A stretch of 63,357 nucleotides of DNA, the filler included, from Perkinsus chesapeaki ATCC PRA-425 (lineage: Eukaryota; Protista; Perkinsozoa), in the NCBI GenBank assembly GCA_013115145.1. It is 7 parts of 7 records of this genome, joined end to end, with 100 filler letters (N's around TTAATTAATTAA, not from the genome) between each part and the next. Parts side by side here need not be neighbours in the genome. Positions count along the whole stretch, not along the records: positions 48,482 to 49,854 come from JAAPAO010002008.1; positions 49,955 to 60,446 come from JAAPAO010000887.1; positions 60,547 to 63,357 come from JAAPAO010001522.1; 4 more parts are not named here. The stretch is one strand, 5' to 3'. The stretch's first letter is position 1, and each line of letters opens with the position of its first letter. Under the pieces are notes generated by a model. That model saw only the letters and a program-made list of their open reading frames with translations, did not search any database and was not told the DNA's origin. The translations under genes and the position numbers were made by a program. This document shows, one piece after another, positions 48,482 to 60,860 of this stretch.

Positions 48482-49825
48482 CATTCGGGATAGTTTGTCA
48501 GCGGTAACATTGCTTTTACCACTAATATGTTGAACACGAGTCTTCACTCCATGCAGTTGCCAATCAAATGCAGTCTCAACCACAACGCCACGGAGTCGAA
48601 GCAGAGCTTTTCTCTCTACACTTTTAGTCGCTACCCTACTCCATGGATCTGTCTGACCGGTAGCTACTCGGCTATCCGTTCGGATGATAACTACCACCAG
48701 AGAAGGGAGTGCTAAACGAATATCATCAATACGCTTCATTGCGAATGCTATCGCAGTCAACTCTCTGCGATTCGCATGCCAACCAAGATGCTTCTCGCTG
48801 AAGGCTTTGGCTTCGGCAATGATCACTCGCGAATTTATTTTTGTAAGTTGACTTCGGTCTTCATCATCAGATAAGTCACTGGCATCGATGGCGATGAAAC
48901 CATGACCTTCTTGTGAGCCGTCAACTTCAACAACAACCTTAGTTACCGAACCAAGAAGAGATAGATTCTGGTCTTCTACGTAGCAGTCAGCCCAATGTTG
49001 CTTGCCACATTCCAGGTGGCTCTGTATCTGAGCACACTGTTCGGTATCAGTACACACAGTGTCCCAGTCAGGCCATTTCCCAGCAATGCGTCGCATCGCA
49101 TCAGCGTGAGCTCTGCTCGCCGATTCGGCAGCTCCAAAGGTAAATAATAGGAATTTTCCAGCTGCTCGATAGACTTCCCGTTTGCTCATCTTGTTGATGA
49201 TCGCTTCACAGGATGGCCTTCTCATAGCCAGCTGACCAGTTTCTGCATCATAGGTCCAATGTGCTCCTAGCCAACGTTGCTCGGTAGTGGAACTCCACGA
49301 TGCTCTTTTGCTTGGAGGACACCGGAAGCCTGTTAGTTCCCACAGTATTTCCATACAGATTTCTGTGGTCCGAGTCACTTTATGAGATTCTGCTTTTATC
49401 TCAGTGATCACCACAAAATCATCCATAACGGGAATCCATACTGAGGATATCGGAGTACTGGACAGAATATGACGCATGATCGTTAGCAAAGTAAGTTGGG
49501 AGTAGTTTAGTGATAAGGGACCTGCACTAGTCCCAAATACTAGGCAAGATGAACTGAACCAAATGGAGCCACAGCGGATCCAGATCTTCAGAACTCGACC
49601 ATCAGTTGCGGATCTTGGTAAGACTCGTATTGAGTAAAAAGCCTTCTCCAAATCGTATTGGTCTATTCGGTATCGTCTACCACTATGCAGACTACCTCTT
49701 AGCCTCAAGATCGCATCACTGATGGAGGTCGGCCCTACGCCTGTCGCTGCTGCTGCCTTCAACCGTGGTGCCAGGTCATTTGCCCTGCGCAGATCCACGC
49801 AAGGGCGTATGCGAGTACTTTTCAA
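48482..49825 (-). CDS. Retroelement reverse transcriptase-RNase H fragment (VMDD catalytic motif)
   Basis: RPCVDLRRAN, YDLEKAFYSI, LVFGTSAGP, PVMDDF and RWLGAHW; RNase H motifs VDGS, RELTA, RTDSR and HISGKSNVTADKLSR. The frame is open across the whole scaffold. Confidence 0.9.
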
Positions 49826-49854
49826 CTCGCACTGCCGGACAGGGAAACATGTCG

Positions 49855-49954
49855 NNNNNNNNNNNNNNNNNNNNNNNNNNNNNNNNNNNNNNNNNNNNTT
49901 AATTAATTAANNNNNNNNNNNNNNNNNNNNNNNNNNNNNNNNNNNNNNNNNNNN
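49855..49954. other. Artificial scaffold linker
   Basis: N44-TTAATTAATTAA-N44. Confidence 0.98.
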
Positions 49955-50390
49955 CTTTTAAATTTCCAACGGAAATTTCCGGAAATTTCCGAAATGAAAC
50001 GCTGCGCAAAATGGAAACGGAACACCCCAGCTAACTCTGAGTTAGCTGTGCGCGAATTTCGGTTACACCAGCCGTCAGAGGCTACGGTCCGCGGCTGACA
50101 GTAATGCAGTTTTCAACTGTATCGCTCACGGAGTCGCATGTCGTTGGCTATGGTCATGCCGCTCTGTGTATTTTAATCGAAGGCGAATATATAGTATAAC
50201 ATAAGCCATTAGGCTGAACCAAGATCTGCTGGTTCAGCACAGGCCATCATACCGGCCGCTTTGACAGCGTGCTGTCGCCTCAGGCGATTCGCCTGTATCC
50301 ACAAATTACTGCTCGAATGTGTCAACAAGCTAACGTGAAGATTATCCTGACTCGAGACTAACTCATTCCCCTTGGGTTGTGCTGTTGCAG

Positions 50391-50400
50391 TGGTAGCAGC
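50391..50400 (+). promoter_or_regulatory. Primer-binding site TGGTAGCAGC of a truncated LTR element
   Basis: ...TTGCA-G-TGGTAGCAGCTCCC, followed by ATG at 50411. The same 14-mer follows the putative LTR at 23983. Confidence 0.6.
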
Positions 50401-50445
50401 TCCCCTAAAAATGTCCTCAACACAGCCAACTAAAGGGGTTTTCAC

Positions 50446-50476
50446 AGTGTGAAATTCACAATGTGAATTTCACACT
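50446..50476. repeat. Perfect palindrome, 15-bp arms, 1-nt centre
   Basis: AGTGTGAAATTCACA-A-TGTGAATTTCACACT. Confidence 0.97.
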
Positions 50477-52470
50477 AATTCATGTTTATTCTGAAGACTT
50501 CACTCCACAAATAACTTCTTAGAAGTGTTAAGAAGCCTAAGTGAAGACTTTCCCGACTTGAGATTAGCTTATTCTCTTTGGGTTGTGATGTTACACTGAA
50601 TACGGAAGTCGTACGATCAATGAGTCGGGGGGATCAGGCAGTGAGAATGTGTTTGTTACAGCGATCGGGGCGCGTGCGGCTTCTCCCGGGGAGCTGTTGT
50701 GTACTGCTGCCCGTGCTAATCCTGTCTCAGGCGGACACAGAGGGAGTTTTGGAGCTCAGCTCGCAAATCACTATTGGCCAGATGGTGATTGTCGAGTCAA
50801 TGTCCGATGAGCTCTATCTATATAACACGCACACCCCGATAGTGACAAGTTCACTGACGAGTAGTTGACTCAGTTTTACTCGAAGCACTTCGAGTACTTC
50901 TACTTTTACTTAAGTAAAACAAGTACATATAACCGTGAGCAAGCTGCACTGCCCTCATATCGAACTGCTCTTGGGTGATTGGATCACCGTGATCCCTCTC
51001 AAGCTTTGGGCCCGGCATGGGCCCCACATTTTTCTCCACTTCATTTCTTTCGTAAGGGATGCGCCTCACACTATTTCCGTAGAAAGTTGTTCCTTTCAGA
51101 ATCTCGTCTCCGAGAGGTAGCTATCTGAAGTTCAGACTCTGAACCTCGCACCGCTCTCGGGGTAGGCTCCATATGGATATTTGCTTCTTCGTCCATTGCG
51201 GTCAGTGGCCGCCGATCACTTGCGCAGCACGAGTCGCGCTGTGTTCGCCTGCCGCATACTGTTGTTGCTTAGCGGCTTCGTCAGGCAGACTCCGCTAAAT
51301 GAACCTGCCCTATGCCTTATCGTGGTACCCGGGAATGTTTCGCAGTAAAGTGTTGCTCTCGCGATTTACTTGTGACTGCTTCATGCTTATCCCTACATTC
51401 AGTTATATACGTTGCGCCGCGCAACTCGCGCGATGAGGTCTACTCACAATGTGAGTGAACCTCACCTGTCTGGATCAGACAGAAACAGCCTCCAACGCCG
51501 ACCATATTTCCAGAGGCCTTCCTGAAAGGATACATATTCAGCTTCTGCCCATCTACGATAAGTCACAGGATGTCGAGTGGTGAAAATGGTCTCGAGGGTT
51601 TCGCGACTTGTGTGGAGCAATCTCAGCAGCTCTTGCAGGACAATTCAACTCGACAACATGAGTTTCTTCCTCTGCCGGTGTGCTGCTTAAACAGGTATCG
51701 CTGTCCCTGTTATCGACACCAGTGTCGCTTTGATGATTGAGCGTGCAGATCGGGTTTTCGGGTTTCGGGTGTCGAAGTGCCGGAACCCGAATATGAGTTG
51801 ACACATTCTCACATTTGAACAAGTTGCAGGGTCTACATACTGGCCATCACATAAGCCTCCTGAGCAGCCTTTTTCCCAGCTGCAATGACCGAAGTCCAAG
51901 CGCACACCGCGGATGACGAGAAGGTTGGATGAACCCGCTGTTGGAACCTATCATGATTTATGCGCCAAACCATGTCGAGGGCATGTTCGGAACATGATGT
52001 TCATTTGAGGAACTTCCTTATATTTCGGGGTAAAAACGGTCAAGATTCTTACTTTTCCATCAACCTGCCGAGGAGGTGACTCTCAAACCAATCCTGCGAC
52101 GGCAGTACGGTAGGAGGCCTGTTCTTTTCTCACGCCGGAGTTCTCTCCGAATAGTAAAGGGCAAGCAGGGGTCCTTGATGACTGATTTGGGACAGGTGGA
52201 CTGAGTCCACTGGACTCGTGTGCGGCGCAATCTTGAGAGTGCCTCAACGGAAACGGCGCTCGGCGAGCTAGATCGATGTCCTGACTATTACCGAAGTCTC
52301 TTGAAAAATGAATTCACTCAACACAGCGCCTACCTCCGAAGATCTTCTCGCCGCCGCAAAAGCCATAAGTCAGATCGCAAACGATAACGGAGGTAAGGAA
52401 TGCGGTACTTTGTCGTGCAAGGTGGGCATCAGGCTGGAAAGTGGTTAACTGAAATAAATACCACTTTACC

Positions 52471-52501
52471 ACAGTAGAACTTGTAGTACAAGTTCTACTG
52501 T
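52471..52501. repeat. Perfect palindrome, 15-bp arms, 1-nt centre
   Basis: ACAGTAGAACTTGTA-G-TACAAGTTCTACTGT. Confidence 0.97.
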
Positions 52502-55500
52502 TTGGCTTCTAGGCTCTGGGGGGACATTGCAACAAACGTGGATTTAAAATACGTACTACCGGGAAACTACTGACGGGTCTGACCCATCCGTTTTAACAAC
52601 AAACCGACGCTTGCGAAGTGATGCCTGCAAATCCCCCAGAAGTTCACTGGAAAACACGCCCACTAACAGGAAATCTTGGTAACTTCCATGGAGTAAGGCT
52701 TGAGGACAAGCTGTCGCAAATAACAGATGAAAGTTTCATCATGAAACAGAAATGCCATGGAAACTACAAATTCTACAGTGTAGACCACTGTGTACACCAC
52801 AAACTCCCGATATCATTTACGCGAACCCGAGGGAAAGGAGGATGAGACAGGGGAAATGGTGTCCCACAACATAACGCCCGTCGGAACGAAAGCCCACCTC
52901 TTCTCGCTGTACTGCATATCTCGTCAAAATTACAGTACTATTAGTACAGTAACAATAGTACTGGCAGTACTATAACAGTACTGCACTGTAGCAGTACTAC
53001 CGCTACTCCTGCCGCTCGACGATGGCTCATCGTCGATGAGAACACGAGTCCGTTTACGTACTGTTATATCATATAACTTGTATAATATATATGGTCATAG
53101 GCTATGACCACATACGACTCATAGCTGCTACTACATAGGACCAGTTGTTAGTCCTTGGCAAGGGCTCCTTACCCGCAGTCTGCGGGCCGCAGAAGCAGGT
53201 TTAAACATTCCTTATGCGTGTCATATTCCAAGCTACAATTGACTGTTACTCTACTACCACCCGAATGAGTAACCCGCATAGTCCCTCTCTCGCCTACTCC
53301 ATACTACGCCCAAGTTGGGAGTTCCAATCAAAACCGCAATCTTGCGTTAAACTATTAATGAGTCTAGTATTGTCAAATCCGACTCGGATTATCCGAGTGT
53401 CTCCCTTGAGGCAGATATTATTGAATATCAGTAGTACTGATTCAGTACCTCCTTGGATAGTACAGATGTTGGTTGGGCCCTCGTATGTCCATTCCAGTCT
53501 GCAGGCCTACTTCATCCGGCTCCGACAAGCCCCTTTCCACGACTGCATTTCGAGGTGAGACCAGTCGATATGAAACGGCTTCAAACTTTAGGGCTTCTGT
53601 CGGTCTAGACTCTGGACAATTGTGAGGGGTTTGCCCTTGACCAAACCCAAGTTGGGTTACCCAACGGTGGATCACCGCCATTTGCCGCATCAGTGCATTG
53701 GTGCATGACGTGCACCTGGTGCACTGCGCCAATGTCCATCATGTCACCGACATGCTCTCAGCTGTTTCAACTCGATCAGAACTCAACCGAAAATTCAATT
53801 TTCAAAATTGAGGTAACTATCACGAAGCGATGGAATGACTCATCTCCTCGTTTTTGCGAGCCTCACAGCGCGCAAGCATTCCAGCCTTCTCTTGCTCAGG
53901 AGGCGTGCTAGATCATCGAAACAGTAGACCGAGAAGTGCTCTTCCTTCAAGCGAGAAATTGTTCAGGAGTTACTACAACGGTAAGCCTAGAAAATTACTA
54001 GTAGAAATCGGCTGAAGGGTTCGAGCAAGTCATGGCGAGGGCCAGGATGCATTAGAGTGCATTACAGATGATGAATGCGAGTAGTAGGTATCAAGTACCT
54101 ACTAGGTAAGATCATAATCTGCTTAATAGTATTAAGTTAATACGTGATTTGAAATCACTAATCTCCAATAGAGTGCCTCTACCGTACCATACGCTTTCCG
54201 TGTTATCACTGTTCCGCGGAGACTTGAAGACGCAAATGAGTTTCCCATGAGCTTCATGGTATATACTTTCCACACTGGAATTATGAGCACCATTTCCCCC
54301 TTACCAAGGAGTCCTTAGGTAGGCTTCTAAGTAGGCCGATTTCGGCCAATCTCACCCAGCGGCATTCCCACCATGATCGCACAAGCTTACTCGTAACAGG
54401 AAACGGTGCCGAACAGAATCACATGAAGCGAAGTGCACGGCGACGAAGACGCGACCGAGTGAGCGCCCCCGCCTATAGGATCAACATCGGTCCAGTGTTT
54501 ATCCGTCGGTATAGGAAGGGAACGGTCCACGTGGCCACTCACGACGGTTGTAAAAATCCTCACGCTTGGACATCGCTATAGAGAATGAAATATTTCAGCA
54601 TTATGATGCTGATTCAGCACTGCTGAGAATATAAATATAAACGCTTTCTTACGATGGTGAGCTACGTAATATATCCACTGTAATAGGGTCTTTTGAACTT
54701 CAAAATTTGAAGCTCTTATCACGAGATTTGTGAACGTTACATTTATGTACTTCGCTACTACAATGACGACAGAAGCTATTAGCTGAAGCACCCTCGGTAT
54801 CAACTTAGTCTCAGGTGACGACGTCTCGGATTATTCCAGTGCTACAACAACGGAACCATCCTCAAGTAGAGGTTCTGGAATTGATGGGCAGGCCGATGGA
54901 GCTACATGATAATGCAGAACAAAGAAAGGCCATAGTGCCAAAATCTGGTGATGCGTGCTGAGTCGGCACTGCTGCCAGTGAGGCTGAAGGGAAACTTCCG
55001 TTTTAGGAACCAAGAAAACGACGATTCGCAGACGCCTCATCAACATGCCATCCGCGCCTGGCATTCAGGCTCTGAGAGATGACACCGACATAGCTGAAGA
55101 AGGGTCTGTGGTTATCTTTCACGACGATGGAAGCTCCACAAGCTCCCAGTCTAGCGAGCTCAACGTTAAAGGCGTCAGCTCAGCTCATATCAAGAGTTAT
55201 CCAGGACCGCATCGCTCTCGCGAATCTCCTCCGTCTATTCCCATCGAGGTGTCGAAAATTCTCGCGCCTTAGACATGACTGGATTTCACTTAGCACAGCG
55301 TCCCTGCAGGAATTGCTACACAAGACCAAGAGAACGCAGACGCCGCGGACATTGCTGTCATCTGTATGGTCGTCTTTGTAGCTACGATAATGTTGGAAGG
55401 ATGTTGGCGTAGGCAACACAAGTACCTCCGTCGTCTCAAGACATCCACTTGTCATCACCAGTTTATCGCTGAAAAGCTTGGCGAGCGTCACATCCCAAGA

Positions 55501-55665
55501 TCTCTTTCCACCGATGCAACCGCGTAAGAATCAAGAGCATAGTGTTTAGATGGGTTTTAGGAAATTTCCGGGCACGGAAAATTTCCAGACGGTCTTGGGT
55601 ACTATAAGTTATATACGTAAATTTTGGGAGGAAGATGCAGTATTATATCTCAACTGTGAGACTAG

Positions 55666-56500
55666 CTAATTCGTGTTGAATTCGCGAACCAAGAAATTGA
55701 AACTGCAATATCGAGGAAAGCCTTGTTGAACCTCAAAGTGTCTGTTTTTTCTTATTACTGCGCTAAGCCTGAGTCTACTGCCGATGAGGCTCAACAGTTT
55801 TGATTTGTCAAAGATGTCACAAACAAGAGACAAACAAACAGATGAATAGTTGTGACACAACGAGTGTTGAGTCAACACTCCGTTGAAGTCCTTAGCTGGT
55901 TCTGTGTAGCTGAAATCCTCAGTGAGGATTCCTCACCATTGGTCGAACTTCTAGGTAAAGCTTTGGCGATTTGATTACTCTGTGCAATCTCTTCTGTGAT
56001 TTCGTTAACCCACTCATCGTCAAACTTTGAGAAAACACACTTTTGAGACAGGCGGAAAACTACTTATTCAGTAGATTTTCGGTAGCGGTAGAACAAGGGA
56101 GAGTTATAGGCACAGTTATTTCATACTTTTTTGATATATACTTTAACAACAGTCTTAGGCCCTAGCCTATTCTCTCATACAAATACTGGCGCTCCAAAAT
56201 CGAGCCGAGAGCGACAACCGTCCACGGCGAAAAACGGTCTTGAAATCACTGCTGGTGCTAGTCCGAGGCCTTCCCCCATCGAAAGTACATTGCTTTTCAC
56301 GAACAATCTCTTCAATGTCTTTCCTATAAGGGGAAACTGCTAAACAGAATACAGGTAGAGGTGTGCCACTGAGGAGACCTCGATCAACTGGCATGGGCAA
56401 AGCCCGTCCGGGCACCTCAGGTCGGTTGTACATGAGATTCGGTGAAACTTCTGCTCAGGATTAGGCAACCCGCGCGGTTTTCGACCGAAATCTGCTGGAA
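55666..56500 (-). other. Possible multi-exon hypothetical gene or pseudogene
   Basis: Several GT-AG-bounded exon-like segments (e.g. VSPYRKDIEEIVREKQ, FDDEWVNEITEEIAQ); no complete frame or family could be established. Confidence 0.25.
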
Positions 56501-56906
56501 GACAGCAAAGATGGGAAGCTATAATAGCGCGAATAGACGCTGCCAATAGAGTAACTGTTAATCGGCCAACCATAACTTCCCGAAGCGTTCACGACTGAGC
56601 CAAATCTTTTGATCCGATCAGACTGATCGTTTTGCGAAACGTTTTCCGGTCGTATTTGAATGAATCCGGAATTGCTAGCAACCTGAGCTAGGTTTGCTCA
56701 GACTGGTGAAGATTCTGCTGTTACTCTCAAAGGCAACACTATGCCAGACAGGATTGGTATCCATACGGACTTGGCCGAGCTTGACCGGCACTTCGGTAGA
56801 ACTATCTTCACTTCCTCTCATAAAATGAGTTTGATTAGGTATTATTGCAGATGACGAGGGCGAAGAGCTTCATGTGCCTGACTAATGCTTTCTTAACTTA
56901 TCTGTC

Positions 56907-58756
56907 ATGAGTTGTCAATTGATGGAAGCAGTGGTAGCATTTCAGTTGCTAGTGATATTGCGGAACTATACCCACATGAAGTCTTTCGATATTTACCGGA
57001 AACTCCCACGAGGTAGCATCTTCTACAAAGCTGCTCGCCGATGAGAATCCTTGGCGAGCCCATGTTGTCAGATCTCACCGAGGCTACTTTAACCGGTGCT
57101 ACAATAAGCGTCATCACTATCATCGTTGCGTTGTAGGTTGCTCTTTTGTTCTGTCCGTGAACGATTGTGGCAGGTATCTGTTCATGAGTGAGGTCGCAGA
57201 TTACCTAACTCCACACAGAACCTCCAGAATGCTCATTGAGCACAACAAAGACGACTACGACACGCAATTGCAGGTAGAGAATCTCCTTCAGAGAGTTCTT
57301 CCGGAGAATCAATCTTTGGGGACTCTAAGACCTCCACAGTGTTCACAGACAGGTCTTCAGATTAACCTTGATATTACTTTTCCGAGGCTGCCTTGTGATC
57401 TGTTGTCGTTTGATGCCCAGGATGTGATGGGCAGCCATGCTGTTGAGGTCAGCGGGCACTTCTTTGCCGAGAGGTCAGCCTACAGTCCGACATTTGCGGG
57501 CATTTTGTCGGCCTCCAGGCTAACAGCCTCCGGTGAGGTGATCGGTAAAGACGAAGTCAAAGCAAGCCGGAGCAACGGCATGCTGGGACAGGGCCTTTGG
57601 AGCCAAGGGTTGGTAGGGTGGCATAGGGTTGTCGTCCAACCAACGATCATGAATAGTTCGGTGGCAGCGGGGTTGCGGGGGAGAGTGCTGAGCGCGTCCG
57701 AAAGATGCTGGAGGATAAAGAAGGGTGTCGCCTTGTCGGATTTGTCAAGGTCAATCGGGTATGTGGAGTCAAAAGAGATATCTGCCTCTTGCCTTTAATA
57801 TTTGAGAGTTTCAGTGGAATGCCCGATTCGTTGCATGAATTTTACGCCACAATAATCACTCTGGCATATACCCATCTGATGTTTATCCGCGTAAGTATAA
57901 TTCCTCCTTCTTCCGACTCTTCTTCCGACTCGGGTAACATCTGCTTTGAGTCGAGCGGTCCGGAGCCGGCTAGCAGCGGCGCCACTCTATGTTGAGATAA
58001 GTTAGCCACTTCTAAATAATCCAGTCCTATCAGTGACTGAGTCGCGTTCTTCGCGTAGTCCATTTCGACTCGAAATTCTCTAATGAGGGTGACGATATAC
58101 ACTGTGGTTGCTAATCGTCAAGGTACCCGGCCATCTACATCTGTCATCTCATTCTATCTCGTATCTTCTTGGAGGATACGCTGCTTACTTCAATAGCGCT
58201 GGTTTTGGTCATCAAAAATCGGAAGGAGTTGATAAGAAGCGTCACGAGATAGACATGTCGCATACTATCAACCACTTATCGTTTGGGGACGAAGATGAGA
58301 TTATGTGAGTCAAGATTAATAGAGCAGACGTCAAAAGCTCTTCTCAGATCGACGCTCGCAACCTGGCCTCAAGCCAAAATACTAGCACCTTTGGATGGTC
58401 TAACGAAGGAGGTCTCCCGGAATCGTCTTGGCAACCTCGATCCCGTGGTATTCGAGTATTACACAAAAGTTGTCCCCACGACTTTCATAACGTCCTCCAA
58501 AACCCACCGAGTTAATCAGTTCACGGCAAACAGCAATTCTGTACCAAACTCTTTACTTCCGTCGCTTTATCTTCGCTACGATATTTCTACTGTGAGTGTT
58601 GAATTCGTCGAAACGCGGAAATCGTTCGCGCATTTCATCGTGCAAGTCTGTGCTATCGTTGGCGGTGTCTTCACTGTTGCTGGATTGGTCGATTCGTTCG
58701 TCGACCGTTCACTTGCTCACATAATGAAAAAAGCGACAATAGGAAAACTTGGTTGA
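56907..58756 (+). CDS. ER-Golgi intermediate compartment protein, ERGIC3/Erv46 family
   Basis: KSFDIYRKLPRDLTEATLTGATIS, INLDITFPRLPCDLLSFDAQD, KVPGHLHLS, MSHTINHLSFG, FEYYTKVVPT and FIVQVCAIVGGVFTVAGLVD; ends ...GKLG*. Confidence 0.92.
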
Positions 58757-58847
58757 AGAGCGGCATTTTTGGTCAAGCATTTTTTTCATTTACTAGAAGG
58801 TTGAGTTATCTCAGGAAGTTCTTGATGTAGCAGGTTTTCACTTGCGT

Positions 58848-60446
58848 ATGAAAGGGAAGAAGAAATCTGGTAAAGGCAAGAAGAAAAAAGGGGTAACTTC
58901 AGTGGCACTAACAATAAAGCAGAGGATACTATGCCATTTATTCTGGGCCAAATTCTGGTAATTCCTGCAAACGCAGCACCGCTACTTCTTCAATCGCACT
59001 CCATGTTTTGCTGATCATCGCGGCGTTGAGATGTAAATGATGAGCTTAGCTCATCATTTACATAGCTTAGCTCATTAAGCTACTATTTCTTAAAGCTTGA
59101 GTAGCTGTAAGTTGTGGCTCAGCTCGGCATCCAATCAGTCAGGTTGCGTCACAATGCGCCAGTCAGGGCAAGGTCGCTTCTTGACAGTATTTCCGGAGAT
59201 GTCGATAGTTCTGACGAAGAAACCAAGCGCGTTCATATTAACCTCGGGAAGAGAATTGACAAGGCCCTCCTTAAGGTGAGGCTCTTTCCGTATAGGCAAC
59301 TATAGATACCCTCGAGCTGCTCAAGTTGAGCAGGTCCCGTGCTGCACTTGGTAGTGATTTACTAGCAACTAGCATGGGACTTGCTACTTCACTAGTAGGA
59401 TATCGTGTCGCTATCTCAGGCTACTGCCAAGGTTGAGGAGCAAGCTGTAGTCGAGTTTAATGTGCCTGGCCTTTGGCCCTTTGATGGTGACATGAGTTGG
59501 CCTAGAGATTATTTACGAGAGTTGTCTTGCTTGAAACTGTTGCGCATTGGAGTCGTTTGTCTTACACTGGAGGAGTCGCTCACCAGTTCCGAGCCCCTGA
59601 ATCGGGGGCTTCGCGCTGACAGATGGACGGCTTCACAATCCACTACTCTCGGGGAACCCGTGCTTCGATGCAATTCGTTTGATACCAGACACCTGGTTAG
59701 CCGGCCTTTCCCTCAGAGAAACGCTTTTGCTTTCGCTCGCCGTCCAAACACTTTTCGGCAGTAACTGCTGTGCAAGGTTTACAGAGTCATGATTATGAGA
59801 TGTGTGTTGAACACACTGTGTTCTAAGACCACTGGGTTTGCATGATCTTTCGTGGCCTTGATAGGCTCGCATAATTCGGGAAAGTGAGAGTGCACCTTCT
59901 TTCTAGTGGAAGTTCTCAAGGACAAGGAATCCCGCCAGACGAGTTTTGAGCTACCTCGTGAACTCCGTAAAAAGAGAGGGAGCTACGGGACAGCATCGCA
60001 GTGAATCCCAGTTGTCCATGCGTGTGTTGCCGAAACTAATGCTCGTTTGGATAATCCAAATGGGTATCTGCGTCAACAGGCTTGGTGAAGTATTCCTCAT
60101 TCGAGGGCAAATTCCTCGTCATGCCGGTCAGTCCCTGAAGTCGCTATTCTTGCGGAAAAGAAGATTCCCAATGGTGTTCTTTGTATATGTCTGCTATGTC
60201 CCCAGCTTGGGTTATTTGGTGTCCCGTTGTGCCTGTGTGAACTGTCCCACTCAAGTTTGTCTCGCTTATGTCGCTAGTGGACGGGGTGATCTTTCCCAAA
60301 CTGCCTCAAGCGTTGCTCCATCCCATATGATCAATATTTTCAGTCCCAGCGCTAACGGTACGGATCACAACATTCATGATAAGCGGATTGAGCTTGCGAA
60401 TGTAGCGGCTGTGAAATCTCCAGAGATTAAGGGAGTACCGCACGCA
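58848..60446 (+). CDS. Hypothetical multi-exon gene, 3' end lost at the scaffold end
   Basis: ATG at 58848 (MKGKKKSGKGKKKK) and downstream GT-AG-bounded segments (e.g. KRVHINLGKRIDKALLK); the full structure is not resolved. Confidence 0.35.
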
Positions 60447-60546
60447 NNNNNNNNNNNNNNNNNNNNNNNNNNNNNNNNNNNNNNNNNNNNTTAATTAATT
60501 AANNNNNNNNNNNNNNNNNNNNNNNNNNNNNNNNNNNNNNNNNNNN
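60447..60546. other. Artificial scaffold linker
   Basis: N44-TTAATTAATTAA-N44. Confidence 0.98.
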
Positions 60547-60860
60547 GGGTTCCTTCCTTCTCATCATCTTAGTTTTTTACCCTCGTATACTTGTCTACTT
60601 TCGTTGTAAATCTTAACAGAGGTATTTGTGTTACGCTTGGCGTTCGTAGAAGCAATAATAACTTTTAATAGTTTAATGACGCCTTATTTTTCGGTCATGT
60701 TACATAGTTGAGGTGGCTGTTGGCTCTTACTGCGAAAATTAGGAAAAATTTGCATATAAAAGTGGAAAAAAAGGAAAATATGGGAAAAAATTGGGGACGG
60801 CGGTGGCGAGATTCTCATAGTGAAAACTGATTTGAGTTATGTCCCCCTAGATCGGGGTGT

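Noticed and set aside
54800-55540. Overlapping short ORFs suggesting a decayed gene
   Set aside because: There are multiple stops and no identifiable domain, so no product or boundaries can be supported.
12235-60546. Six TTAATTAATTAA palindromes in N runs, and the ORFs crossing them (16066..16314, 46242..46559, 46303..46563, 49722..49910, 59946..60494, end of 48434..49825)
   Set aside because: These are artificial concatenation linkers. No biological adjacency can be inferred across them.
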